From contig NC_083237.1 in assembly GCF_032191835.1 (NCBI RefSeq), forward strand, positions 29,946,001 to 30,010,000: a DNA stretch of 64,000 bases, in the 5' to 3' direction. Positions 44,784 through 57,300 of this stretch are shown piece by piece (positions within the stretch are counted from its first letter, which is position 1; each line of letters begins with the position of its first letter). Origin of the DNA: Heteronotia binoei (taxonomy: Eukaryota). The notes beneath the pieces are model-generated. The model made no database searches. It was not told the DNA's origin and worked only from the letters and a program-made list of their open reading frames with translations. The position numbers and the translations under genes are program-made.

Positions 44784-47764
44784 ATGAAAAGTTTTTAACA
44801 AACTTTCATAGGGGACGGCTGAACTGTGGCCACTTTAATCCTCCCCCCCTCCAGATTGTCAGTTCAAAAGCTTCTGCTTCTGCAATTAAGAGTAGAATTC
44901 AGATTAACTGCTCTTCAAGTCTTGAGTGCCGATTCAGAGCTGGAAGGGGTGTTGTGATGGATACCTGTTTGTTCCCCTTTTAGAATTAACTTTATGCCTT
45001 GCTGATTTGAAGGGGGCTGTGAGGGGAACTGTGTGAAGGAGGTGCGAAGTGCCCTTTCAGAGAGCATGGAGGAGGGGAAATCAACACACACTCAGTTCAG
45101 GACCAGAGAGAGAGAAACGATTTGTCAGTGTGTGCAACTCTGTGAGTCAACTGGTGTCTTGAAGCAGCGGGTGGGTTCACACCTGGTGTGCGGCCTTGCT
45201 AGAAACGCAGGGTTGTTTTTAATGGCTCAGCGTGCTGGAGATGCTTGTAAGTGCTTTTGCTCAGAGGGCCAACAAATACAATTGACATTTATCAAGTAAT
45301 TAAAAGCTCTTCCTGGACTGTACCACTTCAAGCGGGAGTTGGGAGGGGGGGCTGGACAGCATGTTATAAGGAGGAAAACAGCATGTCTACAGAAGGGGAG
45401 GTGGAGCTCTCTGTTGTCACATACACCACCTCCTGACATGCTGTTTTTCTGCAGGCAAGGAGAGATCAAGTTTTCCCAGGAGGAGCATAGAAATAGGCAA
45501 GCATTTACCTGCAACCAGAAAATTATCCAGGACAAGCTTTACCAGTTGATTTTACTGTCTGAATAAAGAGGTCCATAGGGCTTGTGTCTGTGTTTGGACA
45601 TGGATAAAAATCTGTCTCGAACTGTGGACGATTCTCCCCCAACCTGTTCCAAAAGTAGTTTAGCAATGAGTGGAGCAAGACTAGACCATGTCTGGAACTC
45701 TGGAAAAGAGGATTCTTCCAAGATTTGAGCTGTCATCTGTCTGTCTTTGCTTTTCCCTGGTAAACGGGGGTGTTGTAGGCATTCTCAGAAGTGGCTGCTT
45801 GTAATGGCCATCACTGGTCTGTCACAGAATCATAGCAGCACATAACTGGGCCTCTACCAGCCACTCTTGCTGGCAAGTCAAAAAGGAGAGCAGGTTGGTG
45901 AAAAGCTACATTATTCAAAAGCCAAACCCTACTTTTACCTTTGCTGGTTTGATCTGTTTGTGGAGCTTGTGAATAAACCAGGCTTGAAAATAGATCTGAA
46001 AATGTTATAGCCTGTGATTGATTTTACTAGCTTGCATGGCCACAAGTTGTCTTTTTGTCACACCAGCTGGTAGGTGGGAGAGAAAATACATTGCGAGCTT
46101 GCCTAAAGCATTTTGTTCACACCATAAATGAGCGGCTAGGCGTAAATGCACTAGAGACCCAGTTTGCCATTTCAAGGGCACTTTGAGTGGTGGTGGTCCA
46201 TCAACCTTTTAGTAAGTGTGGTGTGACCCTGGGAGGGTACTTGTGCTGCAGGAGAAGTTTGGGAGCCCCTTGAGATTGAGACGTGGTTGGTGGCTTCCAG
46301 CACAGGGATTGGGAGCTTTTCAGAGACCCAAGCAAGGTCTAAAGAAGCTTTGTTGGGGTGGGGGGAGATCTTGATGCCTGGTTATCATTCCCCAAGTGTC
46401 TGAATCTTCTGAATGCAGTGGAGTTTCAGCTTCCCCCTCCTGTGTCACTCAACTGTACCTGCCCTGTGACTTCCTGCTGGTGACTGTGGCATTTCCTTCC
46501 TGCCTGAGCTATCTGAACAGCAGCAGCATCGGCGCCGCAGCAGAGAAGACTCATCCAGGCGTGGAATTGGCGAAACCCTTCCCAGATGTGAGTTGCACAG
46601 CACGGAGGGTGGGGAAGAGGACCGACTAGGGCATTGACCTGTATCCCAGCAATAGCATCTCCTAGGTGGGCAGGCTGCAGTCTTGGACCCTTTGGAGGGT
46701 GACCGTGGTTCCCAAAGGCAGGACTTTAGGGCTGGATCAGAGTAGGAGAATGGGAGATCGCTGCAGAGCAAATGGCTAATGAAAGGGGTTTGCGGGTACA
46801 AGATGGAGAAGGCTTAATCCAACAAAAGGAGCAAAGTTTGAGTCTCTTTCTCCCCCACTCTGTTGCCCACACATGGCTTTTCTCTGTTCTCTGCACGTCC
46901 CCACAGCGCTGCTCGATAGCATCTCTTTTTCCTGTCTTGCTGTCACTGCCTCTTGCTCACTGATACCAATCTCCTTAAGCTGAGTCAGTTCAAAGGAGGA
47001 GGGTAAGCATGATGGTGGCGGACTTAAAAGGAGCGGGGTGATGGCTGTACCAAACGGCCTCACATTTTGACCAGGGCCTTCACGCACTTGTGCTCCTCAG
47101 TTTTTCTCCATGCCCCATTTCCCTCCAATGAGCCCTTAAAGCAGTGCCAGTTTCCACCATGTAACGAAACCTGTGGTTTGCGGTTGTGTTGGTCTGTCGC
47201 CAGGGCTCCAATCAAGTTGTGGGGAAGTGGAGCATGTCTGCGATGTGGAGCTGCAGAGATGGTCATCTGGGCCCTCTTGCTGGCCTTTCCCTTTCTCTGC
47301 CCCTTAAAGGTCTTGGCAATTCTATCTCTAGGTGGCCAACAAGACGCCTGTAATCCTCTCCCTCACCCCAAGCAGGTTCTACAGCACTGCAGCTGCAAAT
47401 TCCCTCCCACAGTGCCCACAACACAAGAGCAGCAATACGCCTGCAGGCACCCAAATCCGGCTGTTACTGGAGTGAGTCACTCCTGTTCCCACAGCCTTGG
47501 GGAGGGGGCACAGAAGAAGGGCTGAAGAACCTCCCAGAGAACCTCAGAGTTAGTGAGTAATGTTTCTGCAGCGGAATTTTCGTGAGGAGACTTAAAGATT
47601 CATATATACATCCATTTTGTTCACATTTGTTCACTGTTAGAAACTTGGTTCTCTCCCATGATCCTCTTCAGCACAGCTGTAGGAGGACTGAAGAACCTTC
47701 CAGAGAACCTTGGAGTTAGTGAGTAATGTGTCATGACATAGTATGCTGGCGGAAAGTAACATCA

Positions 47765-47962
47765 AGTTGCAACCAACGTATGGCAACCCCCATAGGGTTT
47801 TCAAGGCAGGAGACATTCAGAGGGCATTTGCTATTGTTCAGCTCTGCGTACCGACCACAGGCTTCCTTTGTGGTCTCCCATCCAATTGTGAACCAGGGCC
47901 AACCCTGCTTAGCTTCCAAGAACTGACAAGATGGGGCTAGCCTGAACCATCCAGGTCAGGCC
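47765..47962 (-). mobile_element. 5S rRNA-derived SINE
   Basis: GGTCTCCCATCCAA..AACCAGGGCCAACCCTGCTTAGCTTCCAAGA is the reverse complement of the 5S core. Other copies at ~44020-44146 (-) and ~25590-25690 (+). Confidence 0.7.
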
Positions 47963-50487
47963 TAGAACAACTGGGATGAAAAACCTGAACAGCCACCAGA
48001 TCTTCTCTCAGATAGAACACTTCTGAGATAAAATCTGGTGGCTGTTTAGGTTTTTCATCCCAGCTCTTACCCATATATTCTTTGTTGCCGAAGGATTTGT
48101 GCCAGAACACGCAATTTCAACAGGACATTCTAGTATACATGTAGAACAGTGTCTGGCTTTGCCTTTTCTTTGTCAAGGGGAGAAATCTAGTGTATCACCT
48201 AGTCAACAAAAGTCACTAGCCTACAAGAAACGTTCATTAGCCTGGCTGTTGTGATTAAACTACTGGAGTTGTTTGGTGGTTTGCTGACAACCACAAGAAG
48301 GCAAACTTTCCTAGGGAACAGCAAACTTCTTGCCTGTTTCCCTTGAGGTGTTTTCCAATTGCCATAATCAACCAGTACAATCACTTCTATGAAAGGACTG
48401 ACGGCATTTGTCTGGTCCATTCGTTCTGATCTGAGACATGTAATATTAGACTGCTTTGACTTCACTGAGAATTACATTAGTTTTAAAAAGCACCAAGGAT
48501 CATAACCTAGAATGTGGCCCCTCTCCAAACTTTTGGCATTGATGGGCCCTTTGTCAAAATTTAGCTTTGCAAACCTTCCAGGTGCATGGAGACTCTTGTG
48601 CTGAAGAATGATGGGTGTTACACTGTTTCATCCATCATCCACACGATGGATATTAGACTATTTTAGTAGGAACAACTACCCCTACCCTTGTTCCTACCTT
48701 GATCATATTAAAGGGCCTTAGACTGAGTGAAACCATCCAATTTACTATATGTCCAATCAGCAGTAGCTTTCCCAAGTCTTTTCCCCAGCACTGCTACTTC
48801 AGAGGTGGAGCTGGGGGGGGGGTCTTTTAGATGCAGGGGGTGGACTCTGCCACAGGTGCTCACATTATTGGGTGCAGCAATCTGGCTGGTCTAAAGGGGG
48901 TGGGGATTTAGACTCTGCTGGAAATGCCCAGGTTTCTTTTGTGAAATAAAATGGCGGACAGGATTCTTTGAAAGGCTTTTTGGGTACAGGGTGTGCTGAG
49001 AAACATTCTCAATTCAGGCAGAGCCATGGTGAAGCCTCACAGGCCTAGCTGGCTCCCTGCATTGAACTGGGTATTTGTCCTTGACTTCTGCCCCAGAATC
49101 TGTCTGATCACACTGGCAGAACAGGCAACAGCCTGAGGTTCCATAATTCCAGAGGTACCTGCCTCAACTATGCTAGTAGCTTGCTTCCCACACGTTAAGG
49201 TTTCCCTGTCGTTCCCCCCCCCCCCCCATGTATGCTTATCTGTGAAATGGGACACTCATCTCTGCTAGTATCCAGGAATCTAGGGTGAATATTTAGTCTG
49301 GACTGACCAATGTGGACCACAATAGCATACCAATTTAGTCACTGAAGCGAAATAAGAAAATATAATCTTGGTGGATTTGAAGTCATCTGGGCTACCATGA
49401 TGCTTGAGGAGCAGGCAGCAGCTACACAGCTTCAGGGAGCCTTGGAGGAGACAGATTACCTAGACTCATTTCAGATTCAGGCATGGCTTGGGGATGGAAA
49501 CAGTTTTGGTCGCCCTTTGGTTGCCGATGACCTTCACCAGGAGAATGACAGGGGGGAATGCACTCCTGTTGATTCTCCTGCAGCTGTTTGCAGCTTTCAG
49601 CACTATTGGCCGTGGTGTCCTTCTGGAGAGGTGAGGTGGGCTGGGAGTGGGAGGGCATTGTGCTTTGGTGGTCTTGCTTGACCTTCTGTGATTTTTAATT
49701 GGAAGCCATCTTGAGCAGGACTCTGAAGAGGAAGCATAGAAGTATTCTAAATAAACAAGTAATGCTGCTCAGAATATAAAATACAAATCCTGCAACATTT
49801 GAATTGGTGTAGTAGCTCCCTTTCTCTTGTGGGCACTTTCCAGAACCCCCTGGCAACATGCAGAGATTCCAGGACAGGAATGCAAAGTTCCTTGGCAGGT
49901 TTGTGGGAACAAAAAGAGTTCCTTGGAGTTCTATTTATATGGAAGGTTGAACTGTTGAGCCAGCTAGCCACATGGCCTGCAGAAAGCTTGAAGACCACCT
50001 TTCTCAAAATATTGTCAAACTGAGGAACTGCTTGCTGTCTTGATGCTGCCAGAGCTTCAAATTAGGATACTGAAGAGAAAGAAGCATCTTCTCACAATGG
50101 TGGATCATTCCTAGTCCCACAACACTTGAACCCAGTGTTCCCTCTAAGCTGAGTTAGTGTGAGCCAACTCACAATTTTTTAGCCTCTGGCTCACACATTT
50201 TTTGTCTTAGCTCAGGAAAGATGCCCCCAGAGCAAACTAAGTTATGCAGTAGCTCACAACTTTAATGCCAGTAGCTCATGACATAGAATTTTTGCTTACA
50301 AGACTCCACAGCTTAGAGAGAATATTGTGACCCACCCCCCACCCCCATATCTTGTCAAGAGTAGAGACTGCCAAGCTACAATAGGAAGGCCTATATTGTA
50401 TCTCCCCTCTTTCATCTCCAGTCCAACTTTCTTTGCTTTGAAAATCCAAAAGCTGTCAGGAATCACTCTGACTTCCAAATAAGGCAT

Positions 50488-50772
50488 AAAAGAGCCAGTT
50501 TGGTGTAGTGGTTAAGTGTGCGGACTCTTATCTGAGAGAAACGGGTTTGATTCCCCACTCCTCCACTTGCACCTGCTGGAATGGCCTTGGGTCAGCCATA
50601 GCTCAAGCAGAGGTTGTCCTTGAAAGGGCAGCTGCTGTGAGAGCCCTCTTCAGCCCCACCCACCTCACAGGGTGTCTGTTGTGGGGGAGGAAGGTAAAGG
50701 AGATTGTGAGCCGCTCTGAGACTCTTTGGATTGGGGGGCGGGATATAAATTCAATATCTTCTTCTTCTTCAA
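50488..50772 (+). mobile_element. Squam3-type SINE
   Basis: Full length with (TCT)n tail. Confidence 0.8.
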
Positions 50773-51392
50773 AAAGCCTTGGTGGCTCTGGATGAGTCTT
50801 TTTTTGTTTTTGCTGTGTTGTTGAATTATTTTTTCATTATTTTTTATTCCCAATTCATCTGTTCTTTTTTACATTATTTGTATGCAACAGCTGCAAATAT
50901 ATTGCCTTGAAGGGCACCTGCTGTTTCATTTAAGACTGGATGTTTTAATTGTGCTAGCGGCCTGTGGCTCCCAGTTTTGGAGAGGAGAAGGGCATGCTTA
51001 TACATATTGTCTTTAATTTTTTTTTAAAAAGTAAAATGGTGTCCTTACAATGCAAAGAGCTTAGCGAGAGGAAACTGAAAATGCTGCAAATGCAAAGCCT
51101 TGTGGGTTTGATTCACATGAGGGAAAGGTAACGTTGAGATCACAATTTTTAGTCAAGATGGTGGGGCTCCAGGTTTCACTAGCACCCATAAGGGAAACAG
51201 AACTCTGTACAAAAAAGGTTGCATCATGTGTTTCCTTAAAAAAAATGTAAAAGCACTCAGTGCAAAAATGTGGCTCTTTCCTACAGGGCTCTTCTGGCTT
51301 GGCACAGCTAGCCTGTTCGATGCCGTTCTTCAACTTGGTATCTGCTCCTTCCCAGAGTCCGTGGTATCTCTACTGCCCACCTTGCAGGTGGC

Positions 51393-54300
51393 ATGGATAC
51401 CTTCCAGACGGACGCCAACTTCTTGGTCTGGTTGTTGACATTTACCGTCCCATCTCTGGTGGTTCTACTTGTGCTTTGTATTGGCTGCCGGGACCCTGAA
51501 TCAGACAGTTAAGTCCTTCCTCTGACCTCCTTCCTCATGGAGAGCCTGTTTGGTTCATGGCTTCCACCCCTCTCAACAAACGTTTGCAGACTTCTAATAT
51601 TGTTGGTTTCTCTCTCCCAACAGTGCCACCTATTGATGATTACCAATATAAGTGAGTCCATGACTGTCTGTCTTGTGGGGGAGGGGGCTAAGGGGGGGTG
51701 GGAATTTGGAATTTGGCAGGCTTGGAAAATGATGGTCTGAGATGATGAGAACAGAACTAGGGAACCTTTTAGTGGCAGAGGCATCTTCTCACTCTCAGGC
51801 AAGCTGCTCCTCCCTCAAAGTTCCTGTTCCATACAACTAATAATGGCATAAGAGCTGCATACAAAGTGGGATTATTAACTCTGGATTGGGAAATTTCTAG
51901 AGAATTGGGGACGGAGTTTGGGGAGGTCAGAGTTGGGGAGGAGAGGGAGCTCCGCAGGGACATGCTACAGAAGCCATCCTTTAAAGATACCTTTCCCCCC
52001 CACGGGAAATTATCTGTGCAGTTTGGAGATCAGTTGTAATTTGTGGAGAATGCCAGCCTCTAGCAGAGGGCCCTGCTGGATCATCAGGTCAAAAGTCCAG
52101 TGAGCTAGGCCAACATCCTATTTCCCAGATCTCAGCCATTCCCATGTAGCTACCCTTTCCCTACCCTTTGCGTTTTCTGTCCCCCACACTGCCTGAAGAC
52201 ACTCTTGAAAAATAACTACCCCCAAAGGAAGTAGGATCAAGGAAAACAGACTATATCAGCTTTTGGTGGGGGCATTGACTGTGGTCTGGAGGAGTGGGTT
52301 TTGAACTGCTCTTGTGAGCGCTCCATTGTTTGTTGAGTTACTGAGAACCTGCTGGCTCTGATTCAGTTTGTGGTTTGGGAGATTGCCCCCCCCCAAGAAC
52401 CAGGATGTACATTATTCTGTTCCCAAGTGAACAACAGCTGTGTGAAGCTGCCCTGAGTTATAGTTCCAGAGCTTGGTTCATCCAGCTGTGTTGTGCCAGG
52501 TTTAGACAGGTGGCTCCCTGATAGCCAGAGCTAAACACAATCTGGATGGCAATAACAATTAAAATGTCTGTGAAGGATATTTCAAAGTACTTAATCATGG
52601 GCTCCCTTCTTCCTTCCCTAGTCATTAAAGTGTGCAATCAAATTAAGAATGCCAGTCTCCATGAGAGGCCTGGAATCCACCCAGTCTTTCAGATGCTCTA
52701 CATAGATTATTTCTTCTGGAGCAAATGGTAACATTGGAGGAGGGTGGACTCTATGGAATCATGTGTCTCCTCAACTCCCTTTCCAGCTCGCTCTCCAAAA
52801 TCTCCAGGAATTTCCCAAACCACAGTTGGCAACCCAGAGTCATAGCTAAGTGAGGCATTTACCTCAGACAGCAGATTGTGAGCAGGGTAACAAGGTCACT
52901 ACTATCCTGTGACTTTGCTTCCACTTACTTCCATGCCTTTCCCTTGGCTGCTCTTGCCCTGGGGACAGAACAACTGCTACTCCTTGCATCCCAGACCTCT
53001 TAAAAACCAATGTGACCAAGCCGCAAATAAAATTGGTGACCTGAATTGTGTGAGAAAGGAACCTTGTAAGGTTTTAGAAAGTCCTATTGGGCATGTGTGG
53101 CTTGTTGCAATGTTTTTTGAAGAGGCTTATTGTAGGAGTGGAGGCCAAGGACATCATGTGTTCCCAAGACTACTTTATCTTATCTGCTGCTTGTTTGGAG
53201 AAAGAAAATGAGACTCTGAGCTGGCATTTAAAGAAAGTTCTACTTTTCCCTCCTCCACTCTCTGTAATATCTAGTTTGGTCTTCAGTGTAAACCACAGGA
53301 TTCAATTTTTTGTCTTGTTGATGGGGAGCCAGTTCACAACCATTTGTTAATACTCCATGACTAATGTTGATGCTGTTCATATGTTTAAAAATGAGGCTCA
53401 AAATCATGCATATTCTCTTCAGTAGGCTGATCTGCTTCTTAAAGGCTTCATGTGGCTGATAACAGGAGAATGGGGCAGCAAATCCCTGGGGTGGAAGAAT
53501 AGATTCCTCTACCTCAGAATATTGCTTTTATTAATATTGTATTGTTATTAATAGTCCACCTTTCTCACTGAGACCCAAGGCAGATTATGAGTATAATTAA
53601 ACTGTTAAATAATTTTTAAGTTGAGCAATATGCTGGTGGACTTCAACAGTGAAGATTCCTTCCCATTAAAGAAAACAAATAACTCAACAGGGAGAAAAGC
53701 TCTGCCCTCTAAAGTCTCTGCTGCCCCATTCCCTGGGATGTGTGAACTTGTTTTACTCATCCAAATTGCTGTATATTACTGAGGAGTTCTTTGAATACAG
53801 AGCACCAGTCTGGAAAGGTTTGTAAGGCTACCTCAGCTTAGTTTTAATATGAGGGAAGGAAGTGGCTGGTGCTGATAAAAGGTAGCATTACAGAGGATAA
53901 ATTTCAAAAATGGCAGTTCTGGCATATACCAGTGCTAGATGGTGTCAGGCTGCAACAGAAAGTTGAGGGATGGAGGGGATTACTCTGTTCTACCCAAAGC
54001 TATGGAAAGGCAGAGATTCTGAAGGGCTTGAAAACTGAGGGGTGTGTGTGTGTGCTATGGACTGTCAGGTAAAAGTCAGAAATGAGCTCATTGTTGTCCC
54101 CACAGGCCCCACTCTTCTGGCCAACACGAGACTTTCAGGGTGCTGCGGCGTAATCCCTGTAAGTAAAATGTCTGTTGTGTCCTGTTTCAAGTGGACGCTC
54201 TGAACTGGTTGTTCCCCGTGTCAGTGCTTCCCTCAGCTGTTCCTTTGTGAACTCACCACTGAAGACTGTGGGATATCACTATGTAGTGGCCACCTGTTGG

Positions 54301-57300
54301 AGCTCTGCGTCCATAACTTCTCTAACACAGCACCTCTCTTCAATTTACAAAGCCATTTCATGAGCTGGAAACTCAGTTTCCTTTTTCCTCCTGTTTTCCC
54401 ATCGATGCCTCCCAGACTTCAGATAGCCACCTCACCTCCATTAAAATTAGAAAAAACATTTCCTAGAAAGGTTTGTTTTGTAGTATGTGTAAGAGCAGGA
54501 AGTTCCCAGTTTCAGAGGAGCTCTGGTGTTCTTTATAATTTTTGTTCTAGATATGCCTCCTGGCTTGGAAACTTTAAAAGTAAAAGAATTTAAAAAGCTT
54601 AATTCTTTACCCAATACCTAATTTTGTGTTTTATTGATGGCCATACACGGCTAAATCTTTGCCCATCTAACAGCATCCCTTAATAGAAACAAAATATTGA
54701 GCTTCAAGAATCCACCCCCCCAAACAAGTTTCTAGCTTTTCATGATAGAGAAAGCTGTTCAGAAAAGGGCCCTCAAAAGGGACATAGGAAACTCTCTTAT
54801 ACAGGATCACACCACTTATTCACATAGCCCCTACTGCCTAGTCTCTAAGGTCTGTAGTAGAAAAAAGACCAATTCTTGCTGCTCCAGTTCATTATTTGGT
54901 AGGATATGTCAAAGACTGAACCCAGGAATCTCTAGCATATAAATATGAGCCATAGCTGCAACTCCCATGTGAAGACCTTTAAATGTGCCTCTAGCCTGTG
55001 TCTCGTGATGCTTTTTTCTCTTGGGTCTGGGAAGTGGTATGGAGGGAAACTGGGATTCAGCCCAGCCCCACTAATGATGGAATCTGTTCTTGCTTCCCTT
55101 GGCCTTACAGCTCCACCTTGTGCCCCTGTCCAACGGCAGCCAGATTTGCAGAGGTGAGTAATCCTTGAAATTTGTAAGTTGTTTGCTGTGTCTTTTGGCC
55201 CTCTTCCAAATATCTTTGCGGAAGGGTGCAAGCTTGGTGAGTGAGCAGATATTTTTGCAACTTTGTTCTCTAGTTAGAGGTATATGGCCTTTGAACATAG
55301 GGGTTCCATTTGGTAGCCAGATAGAGGTTTTCTGGGAATATGCCAAAATCCTGGTTTTTATACATTTTTTCCCCTGGCTTTTCATTGATTTTCTAGCTTT
55401 TCTTATAGTCCAGAGCTACTGCCATACAAAGCTCCTGCCACCCACTACCCACCTGGGCCTCCCTAAGCTTCAGCCAGGCATACGAGTCAGCTCCTGCCTA
55501 CTTCAGCCTCTCTGGGGCAGACAGGCATTATTGGCACACAGTGGCCAGCTGCTACCCAAACCCTGGGGGTAGACAGCAGCCAAGCCAGCCAGATGGCTGC
55601 ACAGCAGCCAGCTGTTTCTTTCCCATTCTTTGTGGGGGGCATTGGGGACTCACTCAGTGTGAGTGAGACAACAGCCCCAGATACCCCATAGTGACCATCC
55701 CTGTGTGTAGCCATTTAAGTAACATGGTTTTTACAATGGAGCCATTTGAAATGTGTAGATGGAAGCCTTCAAGTTGTTTTACTTTTATTTATTCTTGGAT
55801 GCATCAGCCCATCGCCTAGTCCAGGGGGCTGACACTCCTGTGAAACTGTTCAATGGCTTGAGGGCTGGAGAGAAATATTCCTGTGAGTTGGACGGGGCTC
55901 CTTTAATTTAGTTAAGAATGCTTGGCCTCTTCATGTCATCTGAGTGGAGTGCGGAATAAGGAGGATGTAGGTGTGGAGGGAAGTATGGGATGCTTTTGTG
56001 CTTCTTTGTGCACACTGTGTTGGAGAGGGACATAATCTCATCTCGTTAGGCAATTCTTCCTTTGCTGTCTGCAGATGCCCTCCGCAGAATCCTCCCAGGC
56101 CAGCAGTTCCATTTGGTCATGAGGATAACAGTGAGTTGCAATGGAAATGGATGTGAAGATTTGGGGGTGGGGAGTCTGTTTTCCTACATAAGATATTGAT
56201 GGGCAAGTGGATCCCACAGAATTGTACAACCAGCTACTGTTTAGAGCAGGGATGTCAAACTCATTTGTTATGAGGGCTGGATCTGACATAAATGAGACCT
56301 TGCTGGGCCATGTGCGTCATCAAATGTAATGCCAGGTAGCAAAGATATAAACTTTATAAAGGACACAGACAAACACATTTAAAGATTTTGTATCTCTCCT
56401 GTGTGATCAAGGGAACTGGGCGAAGGAAGCTCTGGCTCTTTCCCTCCCTCCCCAGGGGATGAGGAGTGGGTGGAGCCTCAATCCATAGAAGAAAAAGAGG
56501 CTTGGCTCAGTAGCTCTGCTGTTCAATTGAAAGAGCCTGGCAAAGCAAGCTCTCCCTCCCCCTCCTTTCCTCCTCAAGGGAGGAGCCTCAGCCAATGGAG
56601 AAAATAGAGGCTTTGCTCTGTAGCTCCTGTGCAATTGAGCAAGCCTGGCAAAGCAAGTTATAACACAGAAGGAAACGAGAGGGGGAGAAGGAAGTCAAGT
56701 TGCTCACAGGCCTGATAGGAACCCTCTGAGGGCTGATCTGGCCTTGGGCCACATATTTGACACCCCTGGTTTAGAGTGTTTTTCAGAATAAATAAGCTCC
56801 AGATAGGAAACAGGAGAGAAGGAAGATAAGACATACAGGGGTTGGCAAGCTGGGGTTGTTTGGAAGGCTCAGCCAGTAACTCCCCTTTCTTTTGCTTCGT
56901 TCTTAGGAAGCATTCCCAGTTACGAGAATGAAGGTGAGTAATAGCAGAAACTGTAGCTCCTGCCCCAGTGACCATCCCTTATTCTAGAGCATGCAGCTTG
57001 GCTCACTCGCATGATTTGTCTTTTTTGGTATTGGTTGTGATGTGCTGTAGGCTGTGCAGGGCAGTTTGGTTTGTGGCACTTTCCTCTTGTTTGGCTCTAA
57101 CATGGCCTTTTGTGGTTCCCTCTGAGTTCTCATGAGCCCATTAAGCCAGTATCTGATAACACTCTTGATTTTTCCTGCCTTCAGAGCAACCTTGTGCGAC
57201 TGATGATGATGAAAACTATGTCCCAGGATACATGTAAGAATGGGGGGTGGGGTGGGGGTGGGGATGTTAAGTATAATGGAGCATAGCTGACGGTAAACAA

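Noticed and set aside
54286-54305. CTCF site in LAT intron 3
   Set aside because: Three mismatches to the core consensus; not distinguishable from chance without ChIP data.
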